A stretch of DNA of 20,000 nt from an uncultured virus (IMG/VR IMGVR_UViG_3300025174_000013) (IMGVR_UViG_3300025174_000013:55145-75144), one strand, 5' to 3'. Counted from the first letter of the stretch, positions 1 through 7,921 are shown. Translations and numbers: made by a program. Notes: generated from the letters alone by a model not told the origin.

Positions 1-28
1 TAATATATGAGAAAAGGTTATACAAATT

Positions 29-859
29 ATGCAAAAACTGGCATCACTATTAGCGATTTTGTTAATCGTGGGATTATTAGGTACAAATTTCGCATATGGG
101 GATTATACAGAATACATGAAAATAAGAATAGAATCTGATAAACCAAATGTTTGTGTATTTGAAGCCGAAAACCCACAAGTAGATTTTGCAAAAAGAGGAC
201 TTTATAAAAAAACCGTAAAATGGATAAGTGAATGGTCTAAACAACTGGAAAAAGAAGCCAATGGAGGTAATTGGGATTTTACATATGAATTCATACATAA
301 TTCTACTCACTTTGATAAAAAACCAACAGATTTCCCTCAATGTAATGTATTGATAGTATTTGATGCCGAGAATTTAAATCCAATAGAAAGTGATTTAGGT
401 ATGGCACAAGGATACACATCTTTTGATTATAGAAGTTCAACTCATAAATTTTCATTTATAGATATTTTCACATTTGCACCAACAAATGAAATAAATTTAG
501 GTCAATTAGATTTTACCAATATGACAAAAAATGCAGATGGCTCATATGAAGTAAAATTAGGTAAAGAAATGTTTACATCAGAACCAATTTCTGATGAAGC
601 AATTAGAATAGTTATTCAACATGAATTTGCTCATGCAATGGGATTAGGTCATTGGAGTGATACAACCAAAAATGATTTTAAATCGATCATGGTTCCACAA
701 TTTGATGTACGAGCAAAAGGATTAGAAAATATAAAAATAACACTTGATGATATCAAGGCATTAATAGAACTTTATGGTGAAGATGGATTTAGTAAATATT
801 ATCAAGTTCTAATTCCAGATTTAGCATATGGATGGGAAAAATCAGTAATGAAAAATTAG
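29..859 (+). CDS. Secreted matrixin/M10-like (metzincin) zinc metalloprotease
   Basis: N-terminal hydrophobic signal peptide; HEFAHAMGLGH (HExxHxxGxxH) zinc motif followed by Met-turn SIMVP. Confidence 0.85.
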   Translation: MQKLASLLAILLIVGLLGTNFAYGDYTEYMKIRIESDKPNVCVFEAENPQVDFAKRGLYKKTVKWISEWSKQLEKEANGGNWDFTYEFIHNSTHFDKKPTDFPQCNVLIVFDAENLNPIESDLGMAQGYTSFDYRSSTHKFSFIDIFTFAPTNEINLGQLDFTNMTKNADGSYEVKLGKEMFTSEPISDEAIRIVIQHEFAHAMGLGHWSDTTKNDFKSIMVPQFDVRAKGLENIKITLDDIKALIELYGEDGFSKYYQVLIPDLAYGWEKSVMKN

Positions 860-904
860 ATTTCTGTACGTTTATATTGGGTGATCTGGCTTTATATACA
901 GGGC

Positions 905-1090
905 ATGACGCGTTGTAGACTTTGTGAGAGTGTTCACCGTAAGGGAAGAGGGGAATCTTGGGATAATATGATGTGTAAAACATGCTACATACTTTTGGAT
1001 AATTTTACATGGAGTAATAGATGGGGTATAGTAAAAACATATCTATCAACAAAAGATTTCTTAATAGACGCACAACTGATTGAAAAATAA
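905..1090 (+). CDS. Small Zn-finger protein
   Basis: CRLC...CKTC; ATG 905 preferred over the track start 881 because TTTATATT at 872 gives leaderless spacing; TAATG overlap with next gene. Confidence 0.6.
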   Translation: MTRCRLCESVHRKGRGESWDNMMCKTCYILLDNFTWSNRWGIVKTYLSTKDFLIDAQLIEK

Positions 1091-2160
1091 TGGAAATTAT
1101 ATTTAATGAAAAAGAATGGAAGGAAGCTAACGAAAAATACATAGAAGAATCAATAAAAGATGAAATTTTAAAAAGAATAAGAAAAAGAAAAATGGAGTTA
1201 CCATATCCTAAAGTAACGTTGGATGAGGCAAAAGAAGATTTTAAAAAATTACAGGGATTAAACACTGAAGAATTATGGAAAAATGGTGATTTTTATTTCA
1301 AATATGATTACGAATTACCTCATGGAGATACATATATTGAATTATCCACAATAGGAAATAAGTCGTCAAATTACTTTCATCAAGAAAACAGAATGAAATG
1401 TGACTCGTTAAATTCACCTAGTCCTTATAGGGTATGGAATTCTGATAAGTTTATGAAGACATTATTTGGTTCGTTATGGACAATGAATGTAAAAGAAGTA
1501 AACAGTAAGACTTTATGGAGTTCAATAGTTTTAAGAAAATATGTAGCATCACAATTTAAACCATCAGTGGCAAAAGCAATTTATAATAAATATAATTCTA
1601 AAAACGTTCTTGATTTGTCAATGGGATGGGGTGATAGATTAGCTGGTTTTCATGCATCTAACGCGGAAAGATATATTGGTATAGACCCCAACGAGAAATT
1701 GTTTAGTGGATATGGAGATCAATATCTGACATATAGGACTGGAAAAGAGTCATTATTTATAATAAAGCCTGCAGAAGAAGTAGAGTATAAAGGAGAAGAA
1801 TTTGATACAATATTTACTTCTCCACCATATTTTGATACTGAAAGATATTCCATTGCAAATACTCAGTCATGGATAAGATATAAAACATTGGATGATTGGC
1901 TTACTAAGTTTTTGTTTACTTCAATAGAAAAGGCGTGGGGTGCGTTAAAAAGAGATGGAATTCTTTTAATTAATGTTTCTGATGCATATGGTCATCATAA
2001 GGTACAAAAAATATGTGACCCCATGAATGAGTTTATAACTACTTTAAAGGGTGCTGAATATGAGGATGCCATAGGAATGAGAATGGCTAAAAGACCAAAT
2101 CAGAATACTCATAAAGAAGGAATATTTTGTGAACCAATATGGGTATTTCGTAAAAAGTAA
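1090..2160 (+). CDS. Amino (N4-C/N6-A) DNA methyltransferase
   Basis: SAM-binding motif I LDLSMGWGDRL, YIGIDPN, catalytic motif IV FTSPPYF. Confidence 0.85.
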   Translation: MEIIFNEKEWKEANEKYIEESIKDEILKRIRKRKMELPYPKVTLDEAKEDFKKLQGLNTEELWKNGDFYFKYDYELPHGDTYIELSTIGNKSSNYFHQENRMKCDSLNSPSPYRVWNSDKFMKTLFGSLWTMNVKEVNSKTLWSSIVLRKYVASQFKPSVAKAIYNKYNSKNVLDLSMGWGDRLAGFHASNAERYIGIDPNEKLFSGYGDQYLTYRTGKESLFIIKPAEEVEYKGEEFDTIFTSPPYFDTERYSIANTQSWIRYKTLDDWLTKFLFTSIEKAWGALKRDGILLINVSDAYGHHKVQKICDPMNEFITTLKGAEYEDAIGMRMAKRPNQNTHKEGIFCEPIWVFRKK

Positions 2161-2166
2161 ATGAGG

Positions 2167-2271
2167 CTATTTTTTGGTGGCTGAATCCTGCCTCAAGGCT
2201 TCAATGCATTTCAGTTTTTTCCTTTTTTTATACTTGTTAGGAGTCTCAATGACTGCGTGACTTTCAAGCAC
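2167..2271 (-). CDS. Possible 34-aa basic microprotein (GTG start), divergent from gene 2360
   Basis: Reads (V/M)LESHAVIETPNKYKKRKKLKCIEALRQDSATKK; minus-strand TTTATATT ~30 nt upstream. Confidence 0.3.
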   Translation of the reverse strand: MLESHAVIETPNKYKKRKKLKCIEALRQDSATKK

Positions 2272-2322
2272 TTTTAATAAGAACAATAGGAAATATAAAC
2301 TTTATTTTGTACAACTTTACAC

Positions 2323-2351
2323 ACAAGGGTTTATATACCCCTTAGTACATA
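2323..2351 (+). promoter_or_regulatory. Conserved promoter/operator, copy 1
   Basis: ACAAGGGTTTATATACCCCTTAGTACATA; TTTATATA at 2330, ATG at 2360. Confidence 0.8.
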
Positions 2352-2359
2352 CCCATGAT

Positions 2360-2875
2360 ATGAAACAAACATTAACAACAGAAGACGTAGACTCAATTAT
2401 TGGTGCTATTGAAATTGCTGAAGATGAAAGCGGTGGAGATTATTCCGACTTAAAAACAAAACTTTTAACCATTTATCCAGAAACAAAAGACTTGATTGAT
2501 GAACGTAATAGAAAATGGCAAGAAGAAAGTGATACACAAAGACTTGCAAGAGAGAGAATAACAAGAATTATATTTCATGCACTTAAAAAAGGTGAACCAA
2601 TTATATCTCAATTACAGTACATGATTGGTGGTACAAAAACCTATAATATGATTAGAAAAAACTATAGTGATGAAATATGTTTATCTGCCGATTTATTCAA
2701 GTACCACTTAGAAGATTTAATAGAATTGGGATTAATAGCAGAACTTAGAGATTACATTAAACAGGAATCTAAAGAAGATGGCAATGAATGGATGAAAGAT
2801 CATTATAAAGATAAAGCAGATGACCAATTATGGCATGTATTGGTAAAAATCTTAGACAGAGTAAAAAGATCCTAA
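2360..2875 (+). CDS. Hypothetical protein
   Basis: 171-aa ORF with leaderless start at conserved promoter. Confidence 0.75.
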   Translation: MKQTLTTEDVDSIIGAIEIAEDESGGDYSDLKTKLLTIYPETKDLIDERNRKWQEESDTQRLARERITRIIFHALKKGEPIISQLQYMIGGTKTYNMIRKNYSDEICLSADLFKYHLEDLIELGLIAELRDYIKQESKEDGNEWMKDHYKDKADDQLWHVLVKILDRVKRS

Positions 2876-2907
2876 TCATTTATATTATGTAATTAGTAAC
2901 TACTTAT

Positions 2908-3036
2908 GATACATATTCCCAAGACAAGCGACCATCATATCGTTTTGTAACTTGGGGTAATATGTATTTGACCACGGACAACGGTTTAGGGAATTTTTCC
3001 GTGATTTCATTGTCAGATAGGTGCCTCTGTCCGTGG
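2908..3036 (+). ncRNA. Candidate structured ncRNA (long hairpin plus multibranch domain)
   Basis: ATACATATT 2909-17/AATATGTAT 2959-67, CCCAAG/CTTGGG; CCACGGACA 2972-80/TGTCCGTGG 3028-36; TTTATATT at 2879. Confidence 0.55.
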
Positions 3037-3079
3037 AGCCCTATCAATTTATATTAAGGCTTAACATAAATGTGGTAAT

Positions 3080-4063
3080 ATGATTCAAGGATTTGTAAAG
3101 CTTTACAGGGAAAAAGGACTAAATGTAATACCACTTAAACCAAAGTCTAAATTTCCAGATGAAACAAACATGCCAATAAATCCACAAACTGGTAAGCGTG
3201 GTTGGAAAATATATCAAACTGAAAAGTGTAATATAGAAATTAAAGAAGGGCAAAATGGAGCAGTGCTTTGTGGTGAATCATCGGGTAATTTAGTGGTTAT
3301 AGACCTTGATGATCGTGAGTTATCAAAAGTTTTTGATGACTGGGAAAAAAGAAAAAATGAAACATTAATAGTTGAAACTGGAAAAGGATATCACGTATGT
3401 GTTAAACCAAAAGGAAAGTTGCCAGAAAAAAGCTTAAGATTAATAAATGATAAAGGTCAACGTATAGACATTCAATCACAAGGAACTTACGTATTAATTC
3501 CGGGTTCAATTAATCCAGAGACTGGTAAAGAATATAAAATAATTTCAAGTACATTGGATATACAGGATATAGACTTGGATGGTTTCATTAATAGTTTATC
3601 GAATCATGGGTTCAATCCAGAACGTATAAAGAAAGGAGTTGTTGAAATTTTAAAAGGTGTAAAAGAAGGAGAAAGAGATTATAGTGTATACACGCTTGGG
3701 GTAGCGATGAGACATAGTTTTGGTTTAAAAGATGCTGGATTATTATCATATCTAAATCATTTTAATCAAACATCGGTATTTCCCCCACTGCCAGATGTAG
3801 TGATAAAACAAAAAGTTCAAAGTGTGATGAACGCCGATGTTGAGAAAATTAGATTTAAAGAATTTTTAGAGAAATTTGATTTAAAAGAAGTAAAATTGAA
3901 ATATGACGATAATTTTTGGAAAGATGTAGAAGATTTACGTATACACAATAAACTTCAATCTAAAGATTTAAAACTTGAATGTGTAATTTGTAAAAAATTG
4001 GTAGCATATAATCCACAAGATACTACACATAGGGGGCACATCATTACAATTATATACAAGTAA
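3080..4063 (+). CDS. Bifunctional DNA primase-polymerase (prim-pol, AEP superfamily) with PriCT-like domain
   Basis: VIPL..KSKFP N-terminus, VVIDLD, ETGKGYHV, GTYVLIPGS; GERD...N...PPLP PriCT-like segment; C-terminal CxxC...HxxH. Confidence 0.85.
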   Translation: MIQGFVKLYREKGLNVIPLKPKSKFPDETNMPINPQTGKRGWKIYQTEKCNIEIKEGQNGAVLCGESSGNLVVIDLDDRELSKVFDDWEKRKNETLIVETGKGYHVCVKPKGKLPEKSLRLINDKGQRIDIQSQGTYVLIPGSINPETGKEYKIISSTLDIQDIDLDGFINSLSNHGFNPERIKKGVVEILKGVKEGERDYSVYTLGVAMRHSFGLKDAGLLSYLNHFNQTSVFPPLPDVVIKQKVQSVMNADVEKIRFKEFLEKFDLKEVKLKYDDNFWKDVEDLRIHNKLQSKDLKLECVICKKLVAYNPQDTTHRGHIITIIYK

Positions 4064-4076
4064 TACATTATACTAT

Positions 4077-4217
4077 GTAGGACTTTCAAGGGGTTTCAAT
4101 ATGAGGGCTAATAACCCAATGACCTGATAAAGCTGAAGTCGTGGTGGCTTTATCAAACGTGTAGTGGTGATGAAGGTATTAGATTGTTCGATAAACTGAG
4201 CCACTTTAAGAACACGC
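4077..4217 (+). ncRNA. Candidate structured ncRNA with kink-turn
   Basis: GGGTT/AACCC; TGATAAAGC 4125-33/GCTTTATCA 4147-55; AGTGGT-GAT-GA-AG...CT-GA-GCCACT k-turn 4163-4205; CGTGT/ACACG; TATA at ~4049. Confidence 0.6.
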
Positions 4218-4271
4218 AATTTAAATAGAACCACTGTATAGTAATTATGTGAAAAGTATGAGTCATACATA

Positions 4272-4454
4272 ATGCCTTATACAAGAGTACCATATACCGA
4301 CACTCGTAAAAAGCGACAAATTTTACGATATCGCCGATATGTGCGAAGAAAAGCACGAGGACATAGCCACCAAATATATGAAATAAAGAACACAAAAGGG
4401 CTAATCGTGAGCAGATGTAGAATCTGCAAATTTCATTTTTTTAAATTTATATAA
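4272..4454 (+). CDS. Arg/Lys-rich small protein, possible Zn-binding (HxH...CxxC)
   Basis: 60-aa ORF, highly basic. Confidence 0.5.
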   Translation: MPYTRVPYTDTRKKRQILRYRRYVRRKARGHSHQIYEIKNTKGLIVSRCRICKFHFFKFI

Positions 4455-4476
4455 GGATGATATGTTATAGGATAGT

Positions 4477-4725
4477 ATGGCAAATAGAGGAACCAAAAAG
4501 AGCAAACTATCTGAAAACCCTGAAAATTGGACTGGTAAGGAATTTAGAAAGTTCTTAGATAAATCACTTGATAAATTAGATGACGAAGCGTCAGTATCAG
4601 TAAATAGAGGAACAGGGCAAATAAAAGTAAAAGACTTGAAAAAGAAAAAAGGCACTGACAGAAAGAAAGCCTCAAAAGGCAGATATGTTTCTACTGGAAG
4701 AGGAACTGGGCGAAGAAAGCTTTAA
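4477..4725 (+). CDS. Highly basic small protein (possible nucleic-acid binding)
   Basis: K/R/G-rich 82 aa; TTTATATA at 4446. Confidence 0.7.
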   Translation: MANRGTKKSKLSENPENWTGKEFRKFLDKSLDKLDDEASVSVNRGTGQIKVKDLKKKKGTDRKKASKGRYVSTGRGTGRRKL

Positions 4726-4758
4726 AAAGTTATATACTAATTACATCCATTAATTATT

Positions 4759-5013
4759 ATGGCATTTCACTCAGAAAGAGCAAAAGCAGGAACTCGAAAG
4801 CAAATAGACTTACAGATTAAGACTATTAAGGCTAATATAGCAAGTTTAGAGAAAGAACATGTAAAAACTGAAAAATATTTAGGAAAAGGTCTTAATGATG
4901 CATTCATTAACAAAGCATTAAAAAACATTAATGCTACTATTGCACTAAAAGAGAAACAACTTGCAGATTACGAAGCAACACGAGCAAAATACGAAAAAGA
5001 CGGACTAATTTAA
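4759..5013 (+). CDS. Small coiled-coil protein
   Basis: Heptad-like helical pattern; TATA at ~4729; T-tract after the stop. Confidence 0.7.
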   Translation: MAFHSERAKAGTRKQIDLQIKTIKANIASLEKEHVKTEKYLGKGLNDAFINKALKNINATIALKEKQLADYEATRAKYEKDGLI

Positions 5014-5014
5014 G

Positions 5015-5036
5015 TCTTCTTTTTATTTTTATTTTT
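5015..5036 (+). terminator. Archaeal oligo-T terminator
   Basis: TCTTCTTTTTATTTTTATTTTT directly after stop codon. Confidence 0.5.
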
Positions 5037-5147
5037 ATAAGCAACCTCATGTAATGTAAATTGTGAGAGAGTCAGAGAACGACTGCGTGTCAAATGCGGT
5101 GTCCTTATCCGAAGAAAATTTATTAGGCTCTGCAACATTATATAATA

Positions 5148-5234
5148 GATGTGGTAGTGTGAATTTGCATACTTGGATGACAAATAAAACCTTAACATAG
5201 ACAAGAGGACTGGAGTAATTACCCAGCCACATCT
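5148..5234 (+). ncRNA. Degenerate tRNA-like cloverleaf RNA
   Basis: Acceptor GATGTGG/CCACATC, TA linker, D stem GTGT/GCAT, anticodon stem CTTG/CAAG around a 24-nt loop, AGGA variable region, T arm CTGG/CCAG with non-canonical loop; TTTATTAG at 5119. Confidence 0.55.
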
Positions 5235-5244
5235 ATCATATCAA

Positions 5245-5273
5245 ACAAGCATTTATATACCCCATAGTATATA
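5245..5273 (+). promoter_or_regulatory. Conserved promoter/operator, copy 2
   Basis: ACAAGCATTTATATACCCCATAGTATATA; TTTATATA at 5252, ATG at 5282. Confidence 0.8.
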
Positions 5274-5281
5274 AGATAATT

Positions 5282-5746
5282 ATGAAAACAAAAAGTAATC
5301 GACCTGAAGTTCAAAAAGGTTTACAAATTTGTTTTAAAATCACCAATATGGTAAAAGAACAATTTCCTAACGAAGTATTTGCAATCAAACAAAATTCTAT
5401 TGTACCTTTTACTTCCAATAAAAGACTTTGTAATAATACTTCTTTGGGTGGTTCATTTGCTCATTTTCACAATACTAAACCTCACAGAGTTTGTTGTAAA
5501 CAAAACTTTCTTATTAATGGTAGAAATTGGCATAGTGAATACGAATTTGGTAGGCAAAAAAGAGGAACTGGATATTATGTAAATGGAACACTTGGCTACG
5601 TGTTGTTAATAGTTCATGAATTAGCACATCATAGAACAAAGGGACATGGGAAGAAATGGGTTATTAAATGTAAGAAATTTCAAAACTTTATGATAAATCA
5701 ATTAATCAGTGGTGAATATTATAAGTATATATTACCTATTCATTAA
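5282..5746 (+). CDS. SprT/YgjP-like zinc metalloprotease
   Basis: VHELAHHRTKGHGKKW matches HExxH...HG..W minigluzincin pattern. Confidence 0.7.
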   Translation: MKTKSNRPEVQKGLQICFKITNMVKEQFPNEVFAIKQNSIVPFTSNKRLCNNTSLGGSFAHFHNTKPHRVCCKQNFLINGRNWHSEYEFGRQKRGTGYYVNGTLGYVLLIVHELAHHRTKGHGKKWVIKCKKFQNFMINQLISGEYYKYILPIH

Positions 5747-5755
5747 CTTATTATA

Positions 5756-5878
5756 ATGAATGGAAAGCCGAAGGAAGAAAAAATCGACTTAAAGGTTACA
5801 CTTTTATTGGGTATTATACTAGGAGCGGTAGTATATGGAAGTATCAAAGTCGTCCAAATGGGAGGTCTTCATCCATGA
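5756..5878 (+). CDS. 40-aa single-TM microprotein
   Basis: MNGKPKEEKIDLKVTLLLGIILGAVVYGSIKVVQMGGLHP; ATGA overlap with next gene. Confidence 0.6.
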   Translation: MNGKPKEEKIDLKVTLLLGIILGAVVYGSIKVVQMGGLHP

Positions 5879-6189
5879 CTGAAACATTATATAAAGGATT
5901 GGTTGGAAATGCCAAATCGATAATGGCTCATTTACCAAAAGAGAATTGGTTTCATACATATGCATTGTGGTTAGCAAATGAAACTAAACCATTTACAAAA
6001 GAAGAATGCAAAAAAGCACAAAAAATAGCAGATGAAATGTCTCATTGGGTTAATTGTCAACATCATTCAGGTGGTTCTCATATGGTTTTACTTCAATATA
6101 CTTTGGATTATCTTGGTGCTCGTACTATGTCTGAAGTAGAATTGGCTTATATGAGAGAAAACAAGGAGTTTGGTAAAAAAGATGATTGA
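5875..6189 (+). CDS. Hypothetical protein
   Basis: 104-aa ORF with GGAGGT RBS. Confidence 0.7.
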   Translation: MTETLYKGLVGNAKSIMAHLPKENWFHTYALWLANETKPFTKEECKKAQKIADEMSHWVNCQHHSGGSHMVLLQYTLDYLGARTMSEVELAYMRENKEFGKKDD

Positions 6190-6496
6190 TTTTAACACAA
6201 TAATAAGAAACCCAACACCTGACAACGCATTTAGTTTATGGAATTTTATGGTTCCTAATGAAGTTAAAGGCATTATGCCAGATGTATTAAGTGGAATAAA
6301 TTCTGGAGAAGATACCACACAGTTAGCAAATCAAACAGTTTTCAAAATAATAGATGTGGTAGAAGAAAGAGTATTAAAAGAAGGAGTGGATCATGTATTT
6401 CAAAACGGAATAGCAGATAGAATAATGGACATGATGACTGGGCAATATATGGTTAGTATATTCGAAAGAGTCGCAAATATGCTTGTTGGAGCATAA
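6182..6496 (+). CDS. Hypothetical protein
   Basis: In-frame ATG 6182 overlapping upstream gene end. Confidence 0.65.
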   Translation: MIDFNTIIRNPTPDNAFSLWNFMVPNEVKGIMPDVLSGINSGEDTTQLANQTVFKIIDVVEERVLKEGVDHVFQNGIADRIMDMMTGQYMVSIFERVANMLVGA

Positions 6497-6553
6497 TCAG
6501 GCACGGCTAAGCGTGAGTTTAAGTTTAAATACTACATTCAAGAAGTCAAGTCT

Positions 6554-6733
6554 ATGGTAAGCAAATCATGGTTAGTCACCGTAACACCATTAGTCATAGC
6601 TGTAGTAACATTCCTAAAATCGTTTGTCTATGGTACAGATCTGACTGAATCAGAACTTGAATTAATCAAGCTAGCTGTTGGTGCATTTGTAGGTTCAGGT
6701 GCAATAGGAGCCTATTTGTCTGCAAGGGCATAA
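6554..6733 (+). CDS. 59-aa two-helix membrane protein
   Basis: MVSKSWLVTVTPLVIAVVTFLKSFVYGTDLTESELELIKLAVGAFVGSGAIGAYLSARA; TTTAAATA at 6524; T-tract ~6756-6771. Confidence 0.7.
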   Translation: MVSKSWLVTVTPLVIAVVTFLKSFVYGTDLTESELELIKLAVGAFVGSGAIGAYLSARA

Positions 6734-6812
6734 GTAAAGAGTAGGTAATACTCTAATTTTTTCTTTTTTTTATTATCATTATGTTTATAAAGGAGTAAAT
6801 ATAATTTATTTT

Positions 6813-6878
6813 TGGTGATAAGGTAGGATATTCGCTGATAGGGCGTAAGTACCATCCGTCTATTCTACTATATCACCA
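6813..6878 (+). ncRNA. Candidate small hairpin ncRNA
   Basis: TGGTGATA/TATCACCA (8 bp) plus GGTAGGATA/TATTCTACT (9 bp, 2 GU); TTTATAAA at 6784. Confidence 0.55.
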
Positions 6879-6914
6879 TATAAGTTAATATTATTGATTA
6901 GGCTAAACTAAGCA

Positions 6915-7037
6915 TTGGAAGATAGTGGCAAAAGAACAGATTATGATTTACCATGTAGGCTATGTAGAAAAGAAAAGGCATCAGCTCTTGGAGTAATTTG
7001 TGTTGATTGTTTAAAGAGATATGGTTTTATAAAGTGA
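6915..7037 (+). CDS. 40-aa Zn-finger microprotein (TTG start)
   Basis: CRLC...CVDC; TATA-like TTAATATT ~6884. Confidence 0.55.
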   Translation: MEDSGKRTDYDLPCRLCRKEKASALGVICVDCLKRYGFIK

Positions 7038-7073
7038 CAATACGGTTATATAGAGATTAATGGCAGATAAGGT

Positions 7074-7532
7074 ATGCCAGCTAATCAGATAATTCATGAT
7101 ATATGGATAGGTGATTTAGAGGACGCTCTAGTATGGGATGGTAACTTATTATGTGTTTTAGAAACTAGACCTGAAAGACTACCAGTAGATGCATTACATA
7201 TTCCTATTCTGGCATTAAGATTTGAAAAAACATTCATGAAAGATAAAGATGGAAATGATACCAATTACCAAATATCTGGATTTGTTGATAGAGCATTACC
7301 AGTACAATTAGACGCAGTTGCACATGTTATTCAAAACCATATAGACGCAAAAGAAAGGCTAATGGTTCATTGTGGGGCTGGGATGGAACGAAGTCCGTTA
7401 GCATTAACATGGTACTTACACACTAGAATGGGTCTTACATTAGAAGATGCATTTGCGTTAGTAAAGACAAAAAGACCACAAGCACAGAACAGATTAGAAT
7501 GGTTAAATATCAGCAATCCATTAAACAAGTAA
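7074..7532 (+). CDS. Dual-specificity protein phosphatase (CX5R)
   Basis: IWIGD N-terminus, VHCGAGMERS active-site loop, AFALVKTKRP. Confidence 0.9.
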   Translation: MPANQIIHDIWIGDLEDALVWDGNLLCVLETRPERLPVDALHIPILALRFEKTFMKDKDGNDTNYQISGFVDRALPVQLDAVAHVIQNHIDAKERLMVHCGAGMERSPLALTWYLHTRMGLTLEDAFALVKTKRPQAQNRLEWLNISNPLNK

Positions 7533-7807
7533 TGGGTAGTGAAGACTGGCGGGATTGGGAAATAGATGAATGGAACATTAGACCAAGATTCAAAGGAGAA
7601 GATTTAACTAAAAAACGACAACTAAAGAAAGCCGAAGAACTAACAAGGGACGATGTATTAGGAGCAAGACATCATATAAAAGAAGTCTATTGTAAAGTTT
7701 GTGAAAAAGAATGGAATCGTGGAGCAATAAATGTTTGTAATGAATGTATCGAATATTATTGCGATGAACACATAACTAGACATCCAAATTGTACTAATGG
7801 TCGATAA
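7532..7807 (+). CDS. Zn-finger protein (B-box/AN1-like)
   Basis: CKVC...CNEC...YCDEH...HPNC; TAATG overlap gives start at 7532. Confidence 0.65.
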   Translation: MGSEDWRDWEIDEWNIRPRFKGEDLTKKRQLKKAEELTRDDVLGARHHIKEVYCKVCEKEWNRGAINVCNECIEYYCDEHITRHPNCTNGR

Positions 7808-7810
7808 AAA

Positions 7811-7921
7811 TTGAAATGTTGTAATAGATTTTGCAATGAAAAAGCAACCAATAGGGTTGGTTTAGGTGGTTTGTTTCATTATGTATGTTTTGATCATGCC
7901 ATGGATTCTACATTTGACTAA
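7811..7921 (+). CDS. 36-aa Cys/His microprotein (TTG start)
   Basis: KCCNRFCNEKA...VCFDH. Confidence 0.5.
   Translation: MKCCNRFCNEKATNRVGLGGLFHYVCFDHAMDSTFD

Noticed and set aside
1090..2160. Restriction-modification pair with the PD-(D/E)XK gene
   Set aside because: The nuclease-like gene is ~11 kb away; no linkage, so treated as an orphan methyltransferase
2906..2950. 14-aa ORF MIHIPKTSDHHIVL after TATA 2879
   Set aside because: Too short, and the sequence is better explained by the long hairpin
4123..4175. Hammerhead ribozyme core
   Set aside because: CTGATAA does not match CUGANGA and lies inside a stem; no correctly placed GAAA
4163..4205. TIGR array or canonical two-guide C/D sRNA; H/ACA sRNA
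   Set aside because: Single unit, no tandem repeats, no C'/D' boxes, no Nop-domain gene recognised; ACA at 4212 lacks a convincing lower stem and pocket
5148..5234. Functional tRNA-Val(GAC)
   Set aside because: No TTC T-loop, no D-loop GG, stem mismatches and no clean BHB; kept only as tRNA-like
5379..5582. Alternative-frame ORF of 67 aa
   Set aside because: Fully nested in the SprT-like gene; no initiation signal
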